Assembly (NCBI GenBank): GCA_051313645.2
Contig: JBNRSN020000029.1
Span: 20,150,001-20,214,000 of the forward strand
Length of the DNA stretch: 64,000 nucleotides
Origin: Centroscyllium fabricii
Lineage: Eukaryota
Direction: 5' to 3'
Program-made: the position numbers and the translations under genes
Shown here: positions 1 through 12,300 of the stretch, one piece after another
Layout: each line of letters begins with the position of its first letter
Numbering within the stretch: the first letter of the stretch is position 1
Notes under the pieces: generated by a model
The model's database searches: none
What the model saw: only the letters and a program-made list of their open reading frames with translations
Told to the model about the DNA's origin: nothing

Positions 1-85
1 ACTGACCCATCAACACAAACTGACCAATCACCACCAAACTGACCATTCGCCACAAACTGTCCCTTCAAGACAACCTGCCCAAAGA
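1..85. repeat. End of an AC-rich AAACTGACCAATCA satellite, same family as 6320-16493
   Basis: actgacccatcaacacaaactgaccaatcaccaccaaactgacc matches the monomer of the large array. Confidence 0.8.
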
Positions 86-828
86 CAAATTTCACTTGCC
101 CGCAATTTTAAAAGAAATAACTAAAGGTTCACATTTTTATTTTAAATGCTTCAATATAAAGCCAAAAGGCTTAAAAGTGGATAATCTCCAGGCCCTGAAG
201 AGATGTATCGCAGGCTGCTGGGTGAGGCTATGGAAGAGACTGCAGGGGTTCTGACACAAATTTTCAGAACCTCTCTGTCCACAGGGGATGTGCCGGAGGA
301 TTGGAAAATTGCCAATGTAGTGCCATTATTCAATAAAGCTAGTAGGGATAAACCAGGGAATTACAGGCCGGTGAGCCTGACCTCAATGGTGGGGAAATTA
401 CTAGAAAAAATCCTGAGGGACAGAATTAATCTCCACTTGGAGAGGCAAGGTTTAATTAAGGATAGTCAAAATGGCTTCGTCAAGGGAAGATCATGTCTGA
501 CTAATTTGATTGAAATTTTTCAAGGGGTGACCAGGTTTGTGGATCAGGGAAGTGCAGTGGATGTGGAATACATAGATTTTAGTAAGGCTTTTGATAGGTT
601 CCCGCATAGGAGACTCGTCAAGAATGTAAGACGCCATGGGATACAGGGCACCTTGGCACAGTGGATCCAAAACTGGCCTAGTGACAGGAGGCAGAGAGTA
701 ATGGTTGAAGGTTGTTTTTGTGACTGGAAGCCTGTGTCCAGTACTGTAACGGTTGGGTGTATTCGGAATGAAGGCGGGGCCCAAATGCAGAGACACTGAA
801 ACGTCCATAAAACTAAACTCCTTTATTA

Positions 829-1521
829 CTAAAACACTATAGAATACCAAAAACATACAATAATATTGGACACATATTTAACACAAGTCTTATCAACAGA
901 CCGGCACAAACTTCCCAACACAGCGAGCAATGAATAGAGGGGTGCTACGCAATCCAGCGCGCCATTCTCCCAAAGAATACCAGTCCAGGCATAACTGTCC
1001 AACCTAAAGAGAACCGAGCAAGTCCTCCTCAGCGAGCATGACATCTCAATCCACCCTCTACATAGAGGGTTTGGGAACAGCTTATGCTTCCAGATTACCA
1101 ATGTCCAAACCAGGGTTCGGATGAAGAAATGAATGTCCATGTAGTAGAAATGGGTCCGACCTACTTCTTCTGCTTCGTCACAGAGACTTAACCCCATGGC
1201 AATCAGGCAGTAGCGCACCAGGTCTACTGGCAGGGGGACTCCCTTACCAAACAGATGAATGTCCATTGCTGAGTTCCCAATAGCAGGGCGCACTGTCAAG
1301 GCGGAGGGAAATGAGTTCCACCCCAATGCCCCTGTTGGGCAACCCAGCCTGAGCACCTGAAATAGCAGAGTACAAGTACAAGCTGAGTCAGTCGATCTGC
1401 AACCTTCTTGCCTCTGACGGCCACTCAGCACAACAGCAGAAAACCACCTCCTTCCAGTGGCCTGTAGAATGAATAATGGATATCCAGTCCCAAGACGCAT
1501 TACCATCAACTGATCCCCCAT
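829..1521 (-). CDS. 230-aa ORF of unknown function inside the 3' LTR (coding status unproven)
   Basis: Uninterrupted ATG-to-TAG frame in the element's sense orientation, ending just upstream of the LTR AATAAA. No recognisable domain. Confidence 0.25.
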   Translation of the reverse strand: MGDQLMVMRLGTGYPLFILQATGRRWFSAVVLSGRQRQEGCRSTDSACTCTLLFQVLRLGCPTGALGWNSFPSALTVRPAIGNSAMDIHLFGKGVPLPVDLVRYCLIAMGLSLCDEAEEVGRTHFYYMDIHFFIRTLVWTLVIWKHKLFPNPLCRGWIEMSCSLRRTCSVLFRLDSYAWTGILWENGALDCVAPLYSLLAVLGSLCRSVDKTCVKYVSNIIVCFWYSIVF

Positions 1522-1981
1522 CTGCTCTCAGCCAACCTCCTGATTATATCCTAAACCCAACAAGTACCCTATTGGGTGATAGCCAATAATCCTGAGGGGA
1601 TGAGAGCAGAGCACAACTAGCACATACATAGATAATTGAACAGTTAATAACATAACAAGGGAACCTTTTCCTTAAAACAGCTGTGGAGCCACAGTAAAAA
1701 CGGTTTCTAATATTTAAAGGAACAGGACCCCTGTGACAGGACCCCCCCCTTAAGGGCCGACAGTGACGGCCCAAATATCCAATAAACCAAAATAGGGTGG
1801 GCGGAGGGTACAAAGAGGAGACAACAGTCTACAAAAAATTTTTTAAGAGTATTTAAACGCTACAGTGTCTGCTGGGCCGCATTTGACGGGATCATTCTGT
1901 AACGGTTGGGTGTATTCGGAATGAAGGCGGGGCCCAAATGCAGAGACACTGAAACGTCCATAAAACTAAACTCCTTTATTA

Positions 1982-2674
1982 CTAAAACACTATAGAATAC
2001 CAAAAACATACAATAATATTGGACACATATTTAACACAAGTCTTATCAACAGACCGGCACAAACTTCCCAACACAGCGAGCAATGAATAGAGGGGTGCTA
2101 CGCAATCCAGCGCGCCATTCTCCCAAAGAATACCAGTCCAGGCATAACTGTCCAACCTAAAGAGAACCGAGCAAGTCCTCCTCAGCGAGCATGACATCTC
2201 AATCCACCCTCTACATAGAGGGTTTGGGAACAGCTTATGCTTCCAGATTACCAATGTCCAAACCAGGGTTCGGATGAAGAAATGAATGTCCATGTAGTAG
2301 AAATGGGTCCGACCTACTTCTTCTGCTTCGTCACAGAGACTTAACCCCATGGCAATCAGGCAGTAGCGCACCAGGTCTACTGGCAGGGGGACTCCCTTAC
2401 CAAACAGATGAATGTCCATTGCTGAGTTCCCAATAGCAGGGCGCACTGTCAAGGCGGAGGGAAGTGAGTTCCACCCCAATGCCCCTGTTGGGCAACCCAG
2501 CCTGAGCACCTGAAATAGCAGAGTACAAGTACAAGCTGAGTCAGTCGATCTGCAACCTCCTTGCCTCTGACGGCCACTCAGCACAACAGCAGAAAACCAC
2601 CTCCTTCCAGTGGCCTGTAGAATGAATAATGGATATCCAGTCCCAAGACGCTTTACCATCAACTGATCCCCCAT
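1982..2674 (-). CDS. 230-aa ORF inside the 5' LTR, copy of 829-1521
   Basis: Identical except three substitutions (M/K, E/G, F/L). Confidence 0.25.
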   Translation of the reverse strand: MGDQLMVKRLGTGYPLFILQATGRRWFSAVVLSGRQRQGGCRSTDSACTCTLLFQVLRLGCPTGALGWNSLPSALTVRPAIGNSAMDIHLFGKGVPLPVDLVRYCLIAMGLSLCDEAEEVGRTHFYYMDIHFFIRTLVWTLVIWKHKLFPNPLCRGWIEMSCSLRRTCSVLFRLDSYAWTGILWENGALDCVAPLYSLLAVLGSLCRSVDKTCVKYVSNIIVCFWYSIVF

Positions 2675-4009
2675 CTGCTCTCAGCCAACCTCCTGATTAT
2701 ATCCTAAACCCAACAAGTACCCTATTGGGTGATAGCCAATAATCCTGAGGGGATGAGAGCAGAGCACAACTAGCACATACATAGATAATTGAACAGTTAA
2801 TAACATAACAAGGGAACCTATTCCTTAAATCAGCTGTGGAGCCACAGTAAAAACTGTTTCTAATATTTAAAGGAACAGGCCCCCTGTGACAAATACAGTA
2901 CCGCAGGGATCGGTGTTGGGTCCTTTGCTGTTTGTAGTCTATATTAATGATTAAGATATTAATGTAAAAGGCATGATCAGTAAGTTTGCAGATGACACAA
3001 ATGTTGGGGGGTTGGCAAATAATGAGGAGGAAATCGGCAACATGCAGGACGACATAGATGAGTTGGTAAGATGGTCGGAACAGTGGCAAATTGAATTTAA
3101 TCCGGAAAAGTGTGAGCTGATGCATTTCGGTAGGTCTAACATGGCAAGGGAGTACACCATGAATCGTAGGTCGCTAGGGATGACAGAGGATCAGAGGGAC
3201 CTTGCTGTGCAGTTACATATGTCCCTGAAGGCAGCAGGGCAGGTGGAAAATGTGGTTATAAATGCATATGGGATACTTGCCTCCATTAGCCGAGGCATAA
3301 AATGTAAGAGCAGGGATATTATGATTGAGCTGTGCAAGACCACAGCTGGAGTACTGTGTGCAGTTCTGGTCGCCACAATATAGGAAGGATGTGATGGATT
3401 TGGCGAGGGTGCAGAGGAGATTCACCAGGATGCTGCCTGGGCTGGGGAACTTCAGCTATGAAGAGAGACTGAAGAGGCTGGGTTTGTTTTCCTTGGAGCA
3501 GATGAGGCTGAGGGGAAACCTGAATGAGGTGTACAAATTTATGAGGGGAATAGATAAGGTGGATGGAGTGGAACGGTTTCCCTTGTTTCAGGGTTCAATA
3601 ACTAGTGGGCTGTATTTCAGGGTAAGGGGCAGGAGGTATCGTGGGGATTTGAGGAATAACTATTTCACCCAGAGCGTGGATGGAGACTGGAACTCACTGC
3701 CTGAGAGTGTGGTAGAGGCGGCAACCTTCACAACATTCAAAATGAATTTCGATGAGCACTTGAAATGCCACAGCATACAAGGCTACGGACCAAATGCGGG
3801 AAAATGCGACTAGTATAGACAGGGATTGATGTGCGGAACGGAGGCGATGCTCCGAAGGGCCTCTTTCTGTCCTGTATTACTCAATACTCCATGACTGTTT
3901 GACTCTAAAGCCATAGACGGATAGTTCAGTGATGAACATTGCAAAAGTAAGATACATCAACAGCATAAGATAATTAAATTTTCAGACATTGTGAATGTGA
4001 AGCTAAGTG

Positions 4010-4550
4010 ACGATTGCCAGCCTCAGCCATCTAGCAACTGCAACTGTTGCATCGAAATGCAAAACTGTTGGGCCATGGAGAGAAAGTGACATGAGCTTGA
4101 GTAGCATGTCTACTGTGAGCCCAGATCTCTAGTTATTTTTTGTGTGCTTCATTAAATATACCATCTCACAGGCTGCAGTAGAGAGTGGCAAGTTCATGAT
4201 GATCTCTTTCACAAGCAGGATGTTGCTGAAAGTCTCGGAGCTGACTGGATCTTGCATGGTGTCCTGCCAGATGTGCTTCCACTGGTGCTGAGGAACCGCT
4301 TTGACATGTTATTTAGCTCAAACCTCTTAACATAGCGGGCCGAATTAATGTTACATCCATTAGCCTCTACATCTTCAGCAAAGTGAGTTCAAATGACATT
4401 GAGTGCACCGTTTCTATGGGTTACCAAGGCCTCTTCGTCATCCACTGACTACTTCGAAAAATCAATGATAGATGATGAGGAAAGTACCTCGCTTGGCTGC
4501 ATTGATTCAAAACTTTCTACTCGGGTTTCCACCAACCTTTTCTACAAACC
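4010..4550 (-). mobile_element. Decayed hAT transposase C-terminus (ZNF862-like dimerisation domain)
   Basis: Manual translation: FSNILLVKEIIMNLPLSTAACE..MKHTKNN*RSGLTVDMLLKLMSLSLHGPTVLHFDATVAVARWL, fitting the hATC pattern. Stop codons present. Confidence 0.78.
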
Positions 4551-4559
4551 TGGTCCTTA

Positions 4560-4975
4560 GGCGTGGGGCCGTCGGGCTCGGAGAGCCGTGGGGCCGTCTG
4601 GCTCGGTGAGCCGTGGGGCCGTCGGGCTCGGAGAGCCGTGGGGCCGTCGGGCTCGGAGAGCCGTGGGGCCGTCGGGCTCGGAGAACCGTGGGGCCGTCGG
4701 GCACGGAGAGCCGTGGGACCATCGGGCTCGGAGTGCCGTGGGGCCGTCGGGCTCGGAGAGCCGTGGGGCCATCGGGCTCGGAGAGCCGTGGGGCCGTCGG
4801 GCTCGGTGAGCTGTGGGGCCGTCGGGCTCGGAGAACTGTGCGGCCATCAGGCTCGGAGAGCTGTGGGGCCGTCGGGCTCGGAGAGCTATGGGGCCATCTG
4901 GCTCTGAGAGCTGTCGGGCCGTCGGGCGCCGAGAGCTGCGAGGCCATCGGGGGCCGGGAGCTGCGAGGCCGTCGT
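4560..4975. repeat. GC-rich 25-bp minisatellite (GTGGGGCCGTCGGGCTCGGAGAGCC)n
   Basis: About 15 tandem units that degrade towards the right. Confidence 0.95.
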
Positions 4976-5177
4976 GGCTGGAGCGCCAGGGCCTGAGTGG
5001 CCGGCACTGGGCGCATCGTGGCTGCAGCGCTGGGTGGTCCTGGTGGGATGGAATGGATCAGACTAGCACTAAAGGACATTTAATAATTTGGGAGATTGCA
5101 TGTTTGCATTTCGTTGTTTTGTGTATGTTCACTTTACAATGACAATAAATTGAATCTTATCTTATCTTATCTTATCT
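4976..5177 (+). mobile_element. LINE 3' end with AATAAA and (TCTTA)n tail (Rex1/RTE-like)
   Basis: caatgacaataaattgaatcttatcttatcttatcttatct. Confidence 0.6.
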
Positions 5178-5469
5178 AGGAGATTTACACGGCTGGCACC
5201 AGGAATGTGGGACTTCAGTTATGTGAAGAGTTTATTCAGTGACCAAGCTGTGTGGGTGTCTTTTTCAGACTTGGGTGTTTTATTTTGTTGTTTGAGTTGC
5301 ACACTGCCCTGATTGAACAAATGGCGTCCTGCCACCAGTGGAAGGGAAATTTTGAGCAATTTCATTGACTTTGAAATTAAGGGACATATTTAATTTGACA
5401 ATAATTTCTCATTGAACATTATGCTAGACATTTCACATTTAGTCAATCCGCCTTTTGATTATCAGTCGG

Positions 5470-5785
5470 TACGGTAGCATGGTGGTTATGTCACTGGACT
5501 GATTAATCCAAAATGCTGGACTAACTGAAGCGAGCACTAATGATTCCTGTTCAAATCCCACCATGGCAGCTGGACAATTTGAAATCAAACTTTTTTGAAT
5601 AAATCTGGAATTTAAAGTAAAAGATAGAATCAGTAATAGTAACCATGAAACTACAGGATTGTAATTAAAAACGCGTCTGCTTCTCGAATGACCTTTAGGG
5701 AAGGAAATCTGCTATGCTTACCTAGACTGGCCTATATGTGAATCAAGACACAAAGCAATGTGGTTGATTCTTAATGGCCCTTTGC
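5470..5785 (+). mobile_element. Degenerate tRNA-derived SINE
   Basis: A-box-like tagcatggtgg and B-box-like gttcaaatccc, followed by a body I recognise as common in shark genomes (tttagggaaggaaatctg...ggcctatatgtga). Confidence 0.6.
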
Positions 5786-5787
5786 AA

Positions 5788-6316
5788 TAGAATCAATGAA
5801 ACATAGAACATAGGAGCAAGAGTGGGCCTTTCAGCACCTGGAGTCTGATCCACCATTCAATGAGGTCATGGCTGATCAAGCAAACTCAGTACCCAGTGCC
5901 TGCCTTCCCCCCAAATCGCTTGATCCATTTAGCCTTCAGAAAGATATCCAATTCTTTCTTGAATATATTTAATGAATTGACCTATATGGCCTACTGTGGT
6001 AGATGATTCCACAGGTTCACCAGTCTCTGGGTGAAGAAGATCCTCAACAGCTCTGTCCTAATTAGCTTACACCTTATCCTTGGACTGCAACACATGATTT
6101 TGGACTACCGTTCATCGGGAACATCCTTTCTGCATCTAGTCTGTCCAGTACTATTAGAATTTTATAGGTTTCAATGAGATCCCCCCTTATTCTTCGAAAC
6201 CCCAACGAGTAGATGCACAATCGACAAAATCTCTCCTCCTGTGTCATTGCTGCCATCCCAGGTATCAACCTGGTGAATGTTCGCTGCACTCCCTCCATTG
6301 CAAGAACATCCTTCCA
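5788..6316 (-). mobile_element. CR1/HER1 LINE 3' fragment
   Basis: MEGVQRTFTRLIPGM...RGDLIETYKIL and a (CATAGAA)-type tail at 5788-5812. Confidence 0.88.
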
Positions 6317-6319
6317 AAA

Positions 6320-9300
6320 TGACCAATTTCACAGAAGTTGGCCTACCAGCATAACGTGACCCATCCTCTCAAACTGACCAATTTCACAAACTGGCCCATA
6401 ACCCACACTGATTAATACCCCCAAACTGACCAATCACCGGAAACTGACACATTAATCTGAACAAGCCAATCATCACCAAACTGACCAAATGACCCCAAAT
6501 AATCTATCACTCCCAAACTGAGCGATCACTCCCAAACTAACCAAACACCCCAAGCTGACCAATCACAAACAATGACCAACCACGCCAATATGAAACATCA
6601 ACGCAAACTGCCCCATCAGAACAGACTGACACATCAACACAAACTGACCCATCAACACAAACTGGCCCATCAACACAAACTGCCCAATTACCGCAAAACT
6701 GAAATCAACTCAAATTGGCCCATCACTCCAAACTGACCAATCCTCTTATAATTGATGTGGCAGCGCAATTTCAACAATCAAAGCAAAATAAAGAATCACT
6801 GCAAACAGATCAATCACACAAAACTGACCCAGCAACATAAATTAACCAATCACCATAAACGGCTCATCAACACAATCGGCCCGAAACTGACCAATCATAC
6901 CCAAACTGAACAATCAACACAAACTGAACAATCACCCCAAACTAACCAATCCTCGCCAAACTGACTAATCAACACAAACTGATCAATCACCCCAAACTGA
7001 CAAATCACCCCCAAACTGACAAATCAAACCAAAGTTACCAATAACCCCAAAATGACCCCTCAAAACGTAATGACTTCTTCTTCTTCTTGTCGTATCTTCT
7101 TTCGAAGTGGTGGATGTAATCACCCCAAACTGAAAAATCATCCCAAACTGCCTAATCACATCAAACTAACCGAACACTCCAAAAAAAGACCAATCACACA
7201 AAAAATGACAAATCATCCTCAATCTGCACCATCAGCACAAACTGAACCATCATACTAAATTGACCAATCCCCCTCAAACTGACCAATCGACCCCAACTGA
7301 CCAATCACACCAAAAAAACACCAAAACATTCTCTTTCACGACAAACTGTCCCATCAACACAAACCACCCCATAAACACTAACTGAACAATCACCCTGAAT
7401 CTGACCAATCTCTAAGGAACTGAACAATCACCACAAACTGAACAAAAAAGAATCTGACCAATCACCTCAAAATGCCCCACCAACACACACTGACCAATCA
7501 TCCAAATTGAACAATTACTCTAAAATGACCAATCACCCCAAGTTGACCAATCAACAAAAACAGACCAATCACCCCCAAAATCACCAATAATACAAATGAC
7601 CAATCACACCAAACTGACCCAACCCCCAAAAATGACCAATACCCAAATTGACCAATCGCCTCAAGCAGCCAAATACATAAACTAACCAAACAACAAATAT
7701 GACCAATGACCCCCCCAATCTGACAAAACACCTCAAACTGACCAATCAGGAAAATTTGACAAATCATCCGAATCTGAACCATCAAGACAAAGTGACCAAT
7801 CACCCACAAATTGCCCCACTAACACAAATCGGCCAATCACCCTTAATGTGAACAATCACTAAGGAACTGGACAGTCACCACAAACTGACCCAGAAAATCA
7901 AACTGACCAAACACCTCAAACTGCTCCATCAACACAAATTGTCCAATCACCCCAAACTGACCAATCGAACTATACTACCAATCACCCAAAGCTGACCAAA
8001 CAACAAAAACTGACCAATCACCTGCAAACTGAACAATCATCCCCAAACTGACCAATCATCCCCAAACTGGCCATTTAACACAAAGTAACCAATCAGCCCA
8101 AACCGATGCATCAATACAAACTTACCAATCACCCCAAACTGTCAAATCACCCACAAACAGACACATCAAAACAAAGTAACCAATCTCCCCAAACTGACAC
8201 TTCATAACGTACTGACCAATCACCCGAAACTGACCAATCACACAAAATCGAACAATCAACAAAAACTGACAAATCATCCCCAAACGGAGCAATCATCCCA
8301 AACTGCCCAATCACCCTAAACAGACCAATCACAACAAATTTACCAAACAGTCCAAACTGACCAATCAACAAAAAAATGACAAATCATCCCCAAACTGCAC
8401 CATCAAAAGAAACTGACCCATCACCTCAAACTGACCATCTCCCTCAAACTGACGAATCAACCCCTACTGACCAATCACACCAAAAATAAGAAATACCAAA
8501 TAATACTCTATCACCGCAAACTGGCAAATCAACACAATCCGCCACAAAAACACAAACTGACCAATCACCTTGAATCAGACCAATCACGGCAATCTGACGC
8601 ATCACTCCAAACTGACAAACCACCAAAGAACTGAACAATCACCACAAACTGACCAAAAAATAAACTGACCAATCAAAACAAACTAACCAAACACCGCAAG
8701 CTGACCAGTCAGCACAAACTGACCAATCACCCCCAAACTGTCCCCTCACACAAATTGATCAATAACCCTAAACTGACCCATCAACTGAAACAGACCCATC
8801 AACAGAAACTTTACATTCAACCACAAGCTGACGGACCAGCCAAACCTGACCAGTCATCCCTAAACTGATCAATCAACACAAACCGACTAATCATACTCCA
8901 AAATGACCAATCACTTACACATTGACCAATAACATCAAACTGACCAATTACTGCCAAACTGACCAATCAGCCCAACTAATCAAGGAACAAAACATGACTA
9001 ATCGCCCCATATAGAAACATAGAAACCAGGAGCAGGAGTAGGCCATTCGGCCCTTCGAGCATGCTCCGCCATTAAATGAGATCATGGCTGATCATCCAAA
9101 CCCAGTATCCCGCCCCTGCCCTCTCCCCAAATTCCTCTCGAGCCTGCATCGACACATATCCCACCCTATCCCCGTAACCCCACATATTCAATCTCCCTAA
9201 CACTAAGGGTCAATTTATCCTGGCCAATCAACCTAACCCGCACATCTTTGGACAGTGGGAGGAAACCGGGGCACCCGGAGGAAACCCACGCAGACACGGG

Positions 9301-12300
9301 GAGAATGTGCAAACTCCACACAGATAGTACCCGAGGCTGGATTTGAACCCGGGTCTCCAGTTCTGTGAGGCAACAATGCTAACCACTGTGCCACCGTTAG
9401 ACACAGCAGCCTACATTGACCCAACAGCACAAACTGACCAATCGCTTCCAAGCTGATCAATCACCCCCAAAATAACCGAACATCCCAAACTCACGAATCA
9501 ACAAAATATGACAAATCATCCGAATCTAAACGATCAACACAAAGTTCCCACTCACGCATAAACTGTCCCACAAACAGAAACCTGCCACTCAGCCTGAATC
9601 TGACCAATCACTAAGGAACTGAACAATCACCACATGCTGACCGAAAATATCAAACTGACCAATCACCTCAAAATGCCCCATCAACACAAATTGTCCAATC
9701 ACCCCAAACTGACTAATCAAACTAAACTAACATTCACCCAATGTTGACCAATCAACACAAACTGTCCAATCCCCTGCAAACTGAACAATCATCTCCAAAC
9801 TGACCAGTCATCCACAAACTGATCAATCAACACAAATTATCACATCAGCCCAAATTGATCCATCAACACAAACAGACCAATCACCCCAAACTGACATATC
9901 ACCCCCAAACAGACTCATTAAATCAAAGTGACCAATTTCCCCAAATTGACCATTCAAAACGTACTGATCAATCACCCCAAACTAAGCAATCACCCCAAAT
10001 TGAACCATCAACACAAACTGACCAATCATCCTCAAACGGACCAATCACCCCAAACTGCCCAATCACCTCAAACTGACAAAGTACACCAAACTAACCAAAC
10101 ACCACAAACTGAACAATCAACAAAAAATGACAAATCATCCACAATCTGCATCATCAAAACAAACTGACCCATCACCTCAAACTGACCATGTCCCTAAAAC
10201 TGACAAATCTTCCCCAACTGACCAATCACACCAAAAAAACACCAACAAATGCTCAATCACCGCAAACTGGGCAATCAACACAGAATTACCCAAAATCTGA
10301 AACTGACCAATCACCCAGAATCTGACCAATCATGCCAAACTTAACCATCACATAAACTGACCAATCAACAAGGAACTGACCAATCACTACAAACTGACCT
10401 AAAACAGACTGACCAATCACAACAAACTGACCAATCACCGCAAACTGAAGAATCACACTAAACTGACCAATCACCCTATGTTGACCAATCAACACAAACA
10501 GACCAATCACCCCCAAACTGAGCAATCATACAAAGTGATCACACACACAATACTGACCAATTAGCCCTAAAATGACCAATCACCCAAATGGACCATACGC
10601 CGCAATGCAACCAAATACATAAGCTGACCAATCACCAATGAATCCCAAGCTGAACCATCAACACAAACTGATCCATCACCACAAATTGACCAATCACCAA
10701 AAAATTAGCAATCACCCCGAACTTTCCCATCACCTTAAAGTGACCAATCGCCCCAAATCTGACCCATTAACATAAACTGACTAATGACCACAAACTGATC
10801 ATTAACACAAACTGACCAATCCCCCACAAGCTGACCACTCAAACCCAAAGTGACACATCAACACAAACAAACCCATCAACAGAAACTGACTAATCAACCC
10901 CAAAATGACCGACCAGCCCAAATCGACCATTCGTCCCCAAATTGACCCATCAACACAAACCCACTAATCATTCCCAAAACTGACCAATCACTCACAAATT
11001 GACCACACACATAAAACTCACCAATCACTGCCAAACTGAGCCATCACCCACAAATGGTCGCATCAACACAAACTGACCAATCACCCTGAATCTGACCAAT
11101 CATGGCAAACTAACCATTCACTCCAATCTGAGCAATCACCAAGGAACAGAGCAATCACCGTAAACTGACCCCCCAAAAAAGAACAATCACGTCAAGCTGC
11201 CCCATCAACACAAACTGAGCCACCACCCCAAAATGAGCAATCACACAACACTTACCAAACACCCCAAGTTGACCAATCAACGTAAACTGACCAATCACCC
11301 GCAAACTGAACAATCACACACAATGAGCAACCACCCAAACTGACCAATCACAACAAAGCAACCAAATGCATATACTGGTCAAGCACCAAAAAATGACCAA
11401 TGACCCCCAAACTGATCATTAGCACAAGCTGACCCATCACCCCACACTGACCAATTACCAAAACATTACCAATAACCCAAAGCTGACGTATCAAAACAAA
11501 GTGAACAATCCCCCACAAACTGACCAATCAAACCCAAACTGACCCATCAATACAAACAAACACATTAACACAAACTGACCAAGAAACTCCAAACTAATCG
11601 ACCAGCCCAAACTGACCAATCAACACAGACCTACTAAACATAAGCCAAACTGACCAATCACTCACAAATTGACCAATCACACCAAACTGCCCAATCACTG
11701 CCAAAATGACCAATCACCCAAACTAAACAATCACCAAAAAGTAATCAATCTCCCCCAATCTGAACCATCAGCACAAACTGACCAAGCATTACAAACTGAA
11801 CAATCACCAAAAAATAGCAATCAGCACAAACTGTGCCATCAAACACACAGACCAATCACATCAAACTGACTCAGAAACAGAAAATTACCCATCACCCAAT
11901 AATGACGAAACACCCCAAACTGACCAGTCACCCACAAACAGACCAATCATGCCAAACTTACCTATCAACACAAACTGACCAATCAACACAGCTGACCTTT
12001 ACTCCCCAAACTGACCCATCAACAAAGACTGAACAATCATCACCAAACTGATGCATCACTCCAAAATAATCCATCAACACAAACTATCAATCACGTCAAA
12101 TTGACCAATCAACATAAACTGACCAATTACCTGCAAACTGACCCATCAACACAAACTGACCAATTATCACCAAACTGATCCACCAGCCCAAACTGACAAA
12201 TCATCACCAAACTGATCACACGACACACACTGACCAATGACCCCTAAACTGACCAATCACCCACAAATTGACCAATTACACCAAACTGACAAATCACTGC

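Larger units (their letters stand above)
745..2891 (-). mobile_element. Non-autonomous LTR retroelement: two 994-bp LTRs (745-1738, 1898-2891) around a 159-bp internal region
   Basis: Both repeats start TGTAAC and end GTGACA. Near-perfect 5-bp TSD agtac (740-744) / aatac (2892-2896). G-rich PPT on the minus strand at about 1741-1752. AATAAA on the minus strand at 822-827. Roughly 7-8 differences between the LTRs by eye. Confidence 0.88.
160..3907 (+). mobile_element. 5'-truncated CR1-clade LINE (ORF2 RT to 3' end), split by an LTR element at 745-2891
   Basis: RT motifs PGNYRPVSLTS, GFVKGRSCLTNL, DFSKAFD (203-744). It resumes with gtaccgcagggatcggtg (VPQGSVLG), SKFADDT and LEYCVQFWSP, and ends in a degenerate ATGACTCT-type tail. 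Frameshifts present. Confidence 0.93.

Noticed and set aside
745-2891. Simple tandem duplication or assembly artefact
   Set aside because: TG..CA ends, PPT, TSD, a unique spacer and scattered differences between copies indicate a real LTR element.
4507-5142. Overlapping Pro/Arg/Gly-rich ORFs
   Set aside because: They arise from a stop-poor 25-bp GC minisatellite whose unit length is not a multiple of three.
9340-9397. tRNA genes at SINE heads (also about 41335, 42440, 23560, 5470)
   Set aside because: A/B-box-like heads continue into SINE bodies and form no complete cloverleaf.
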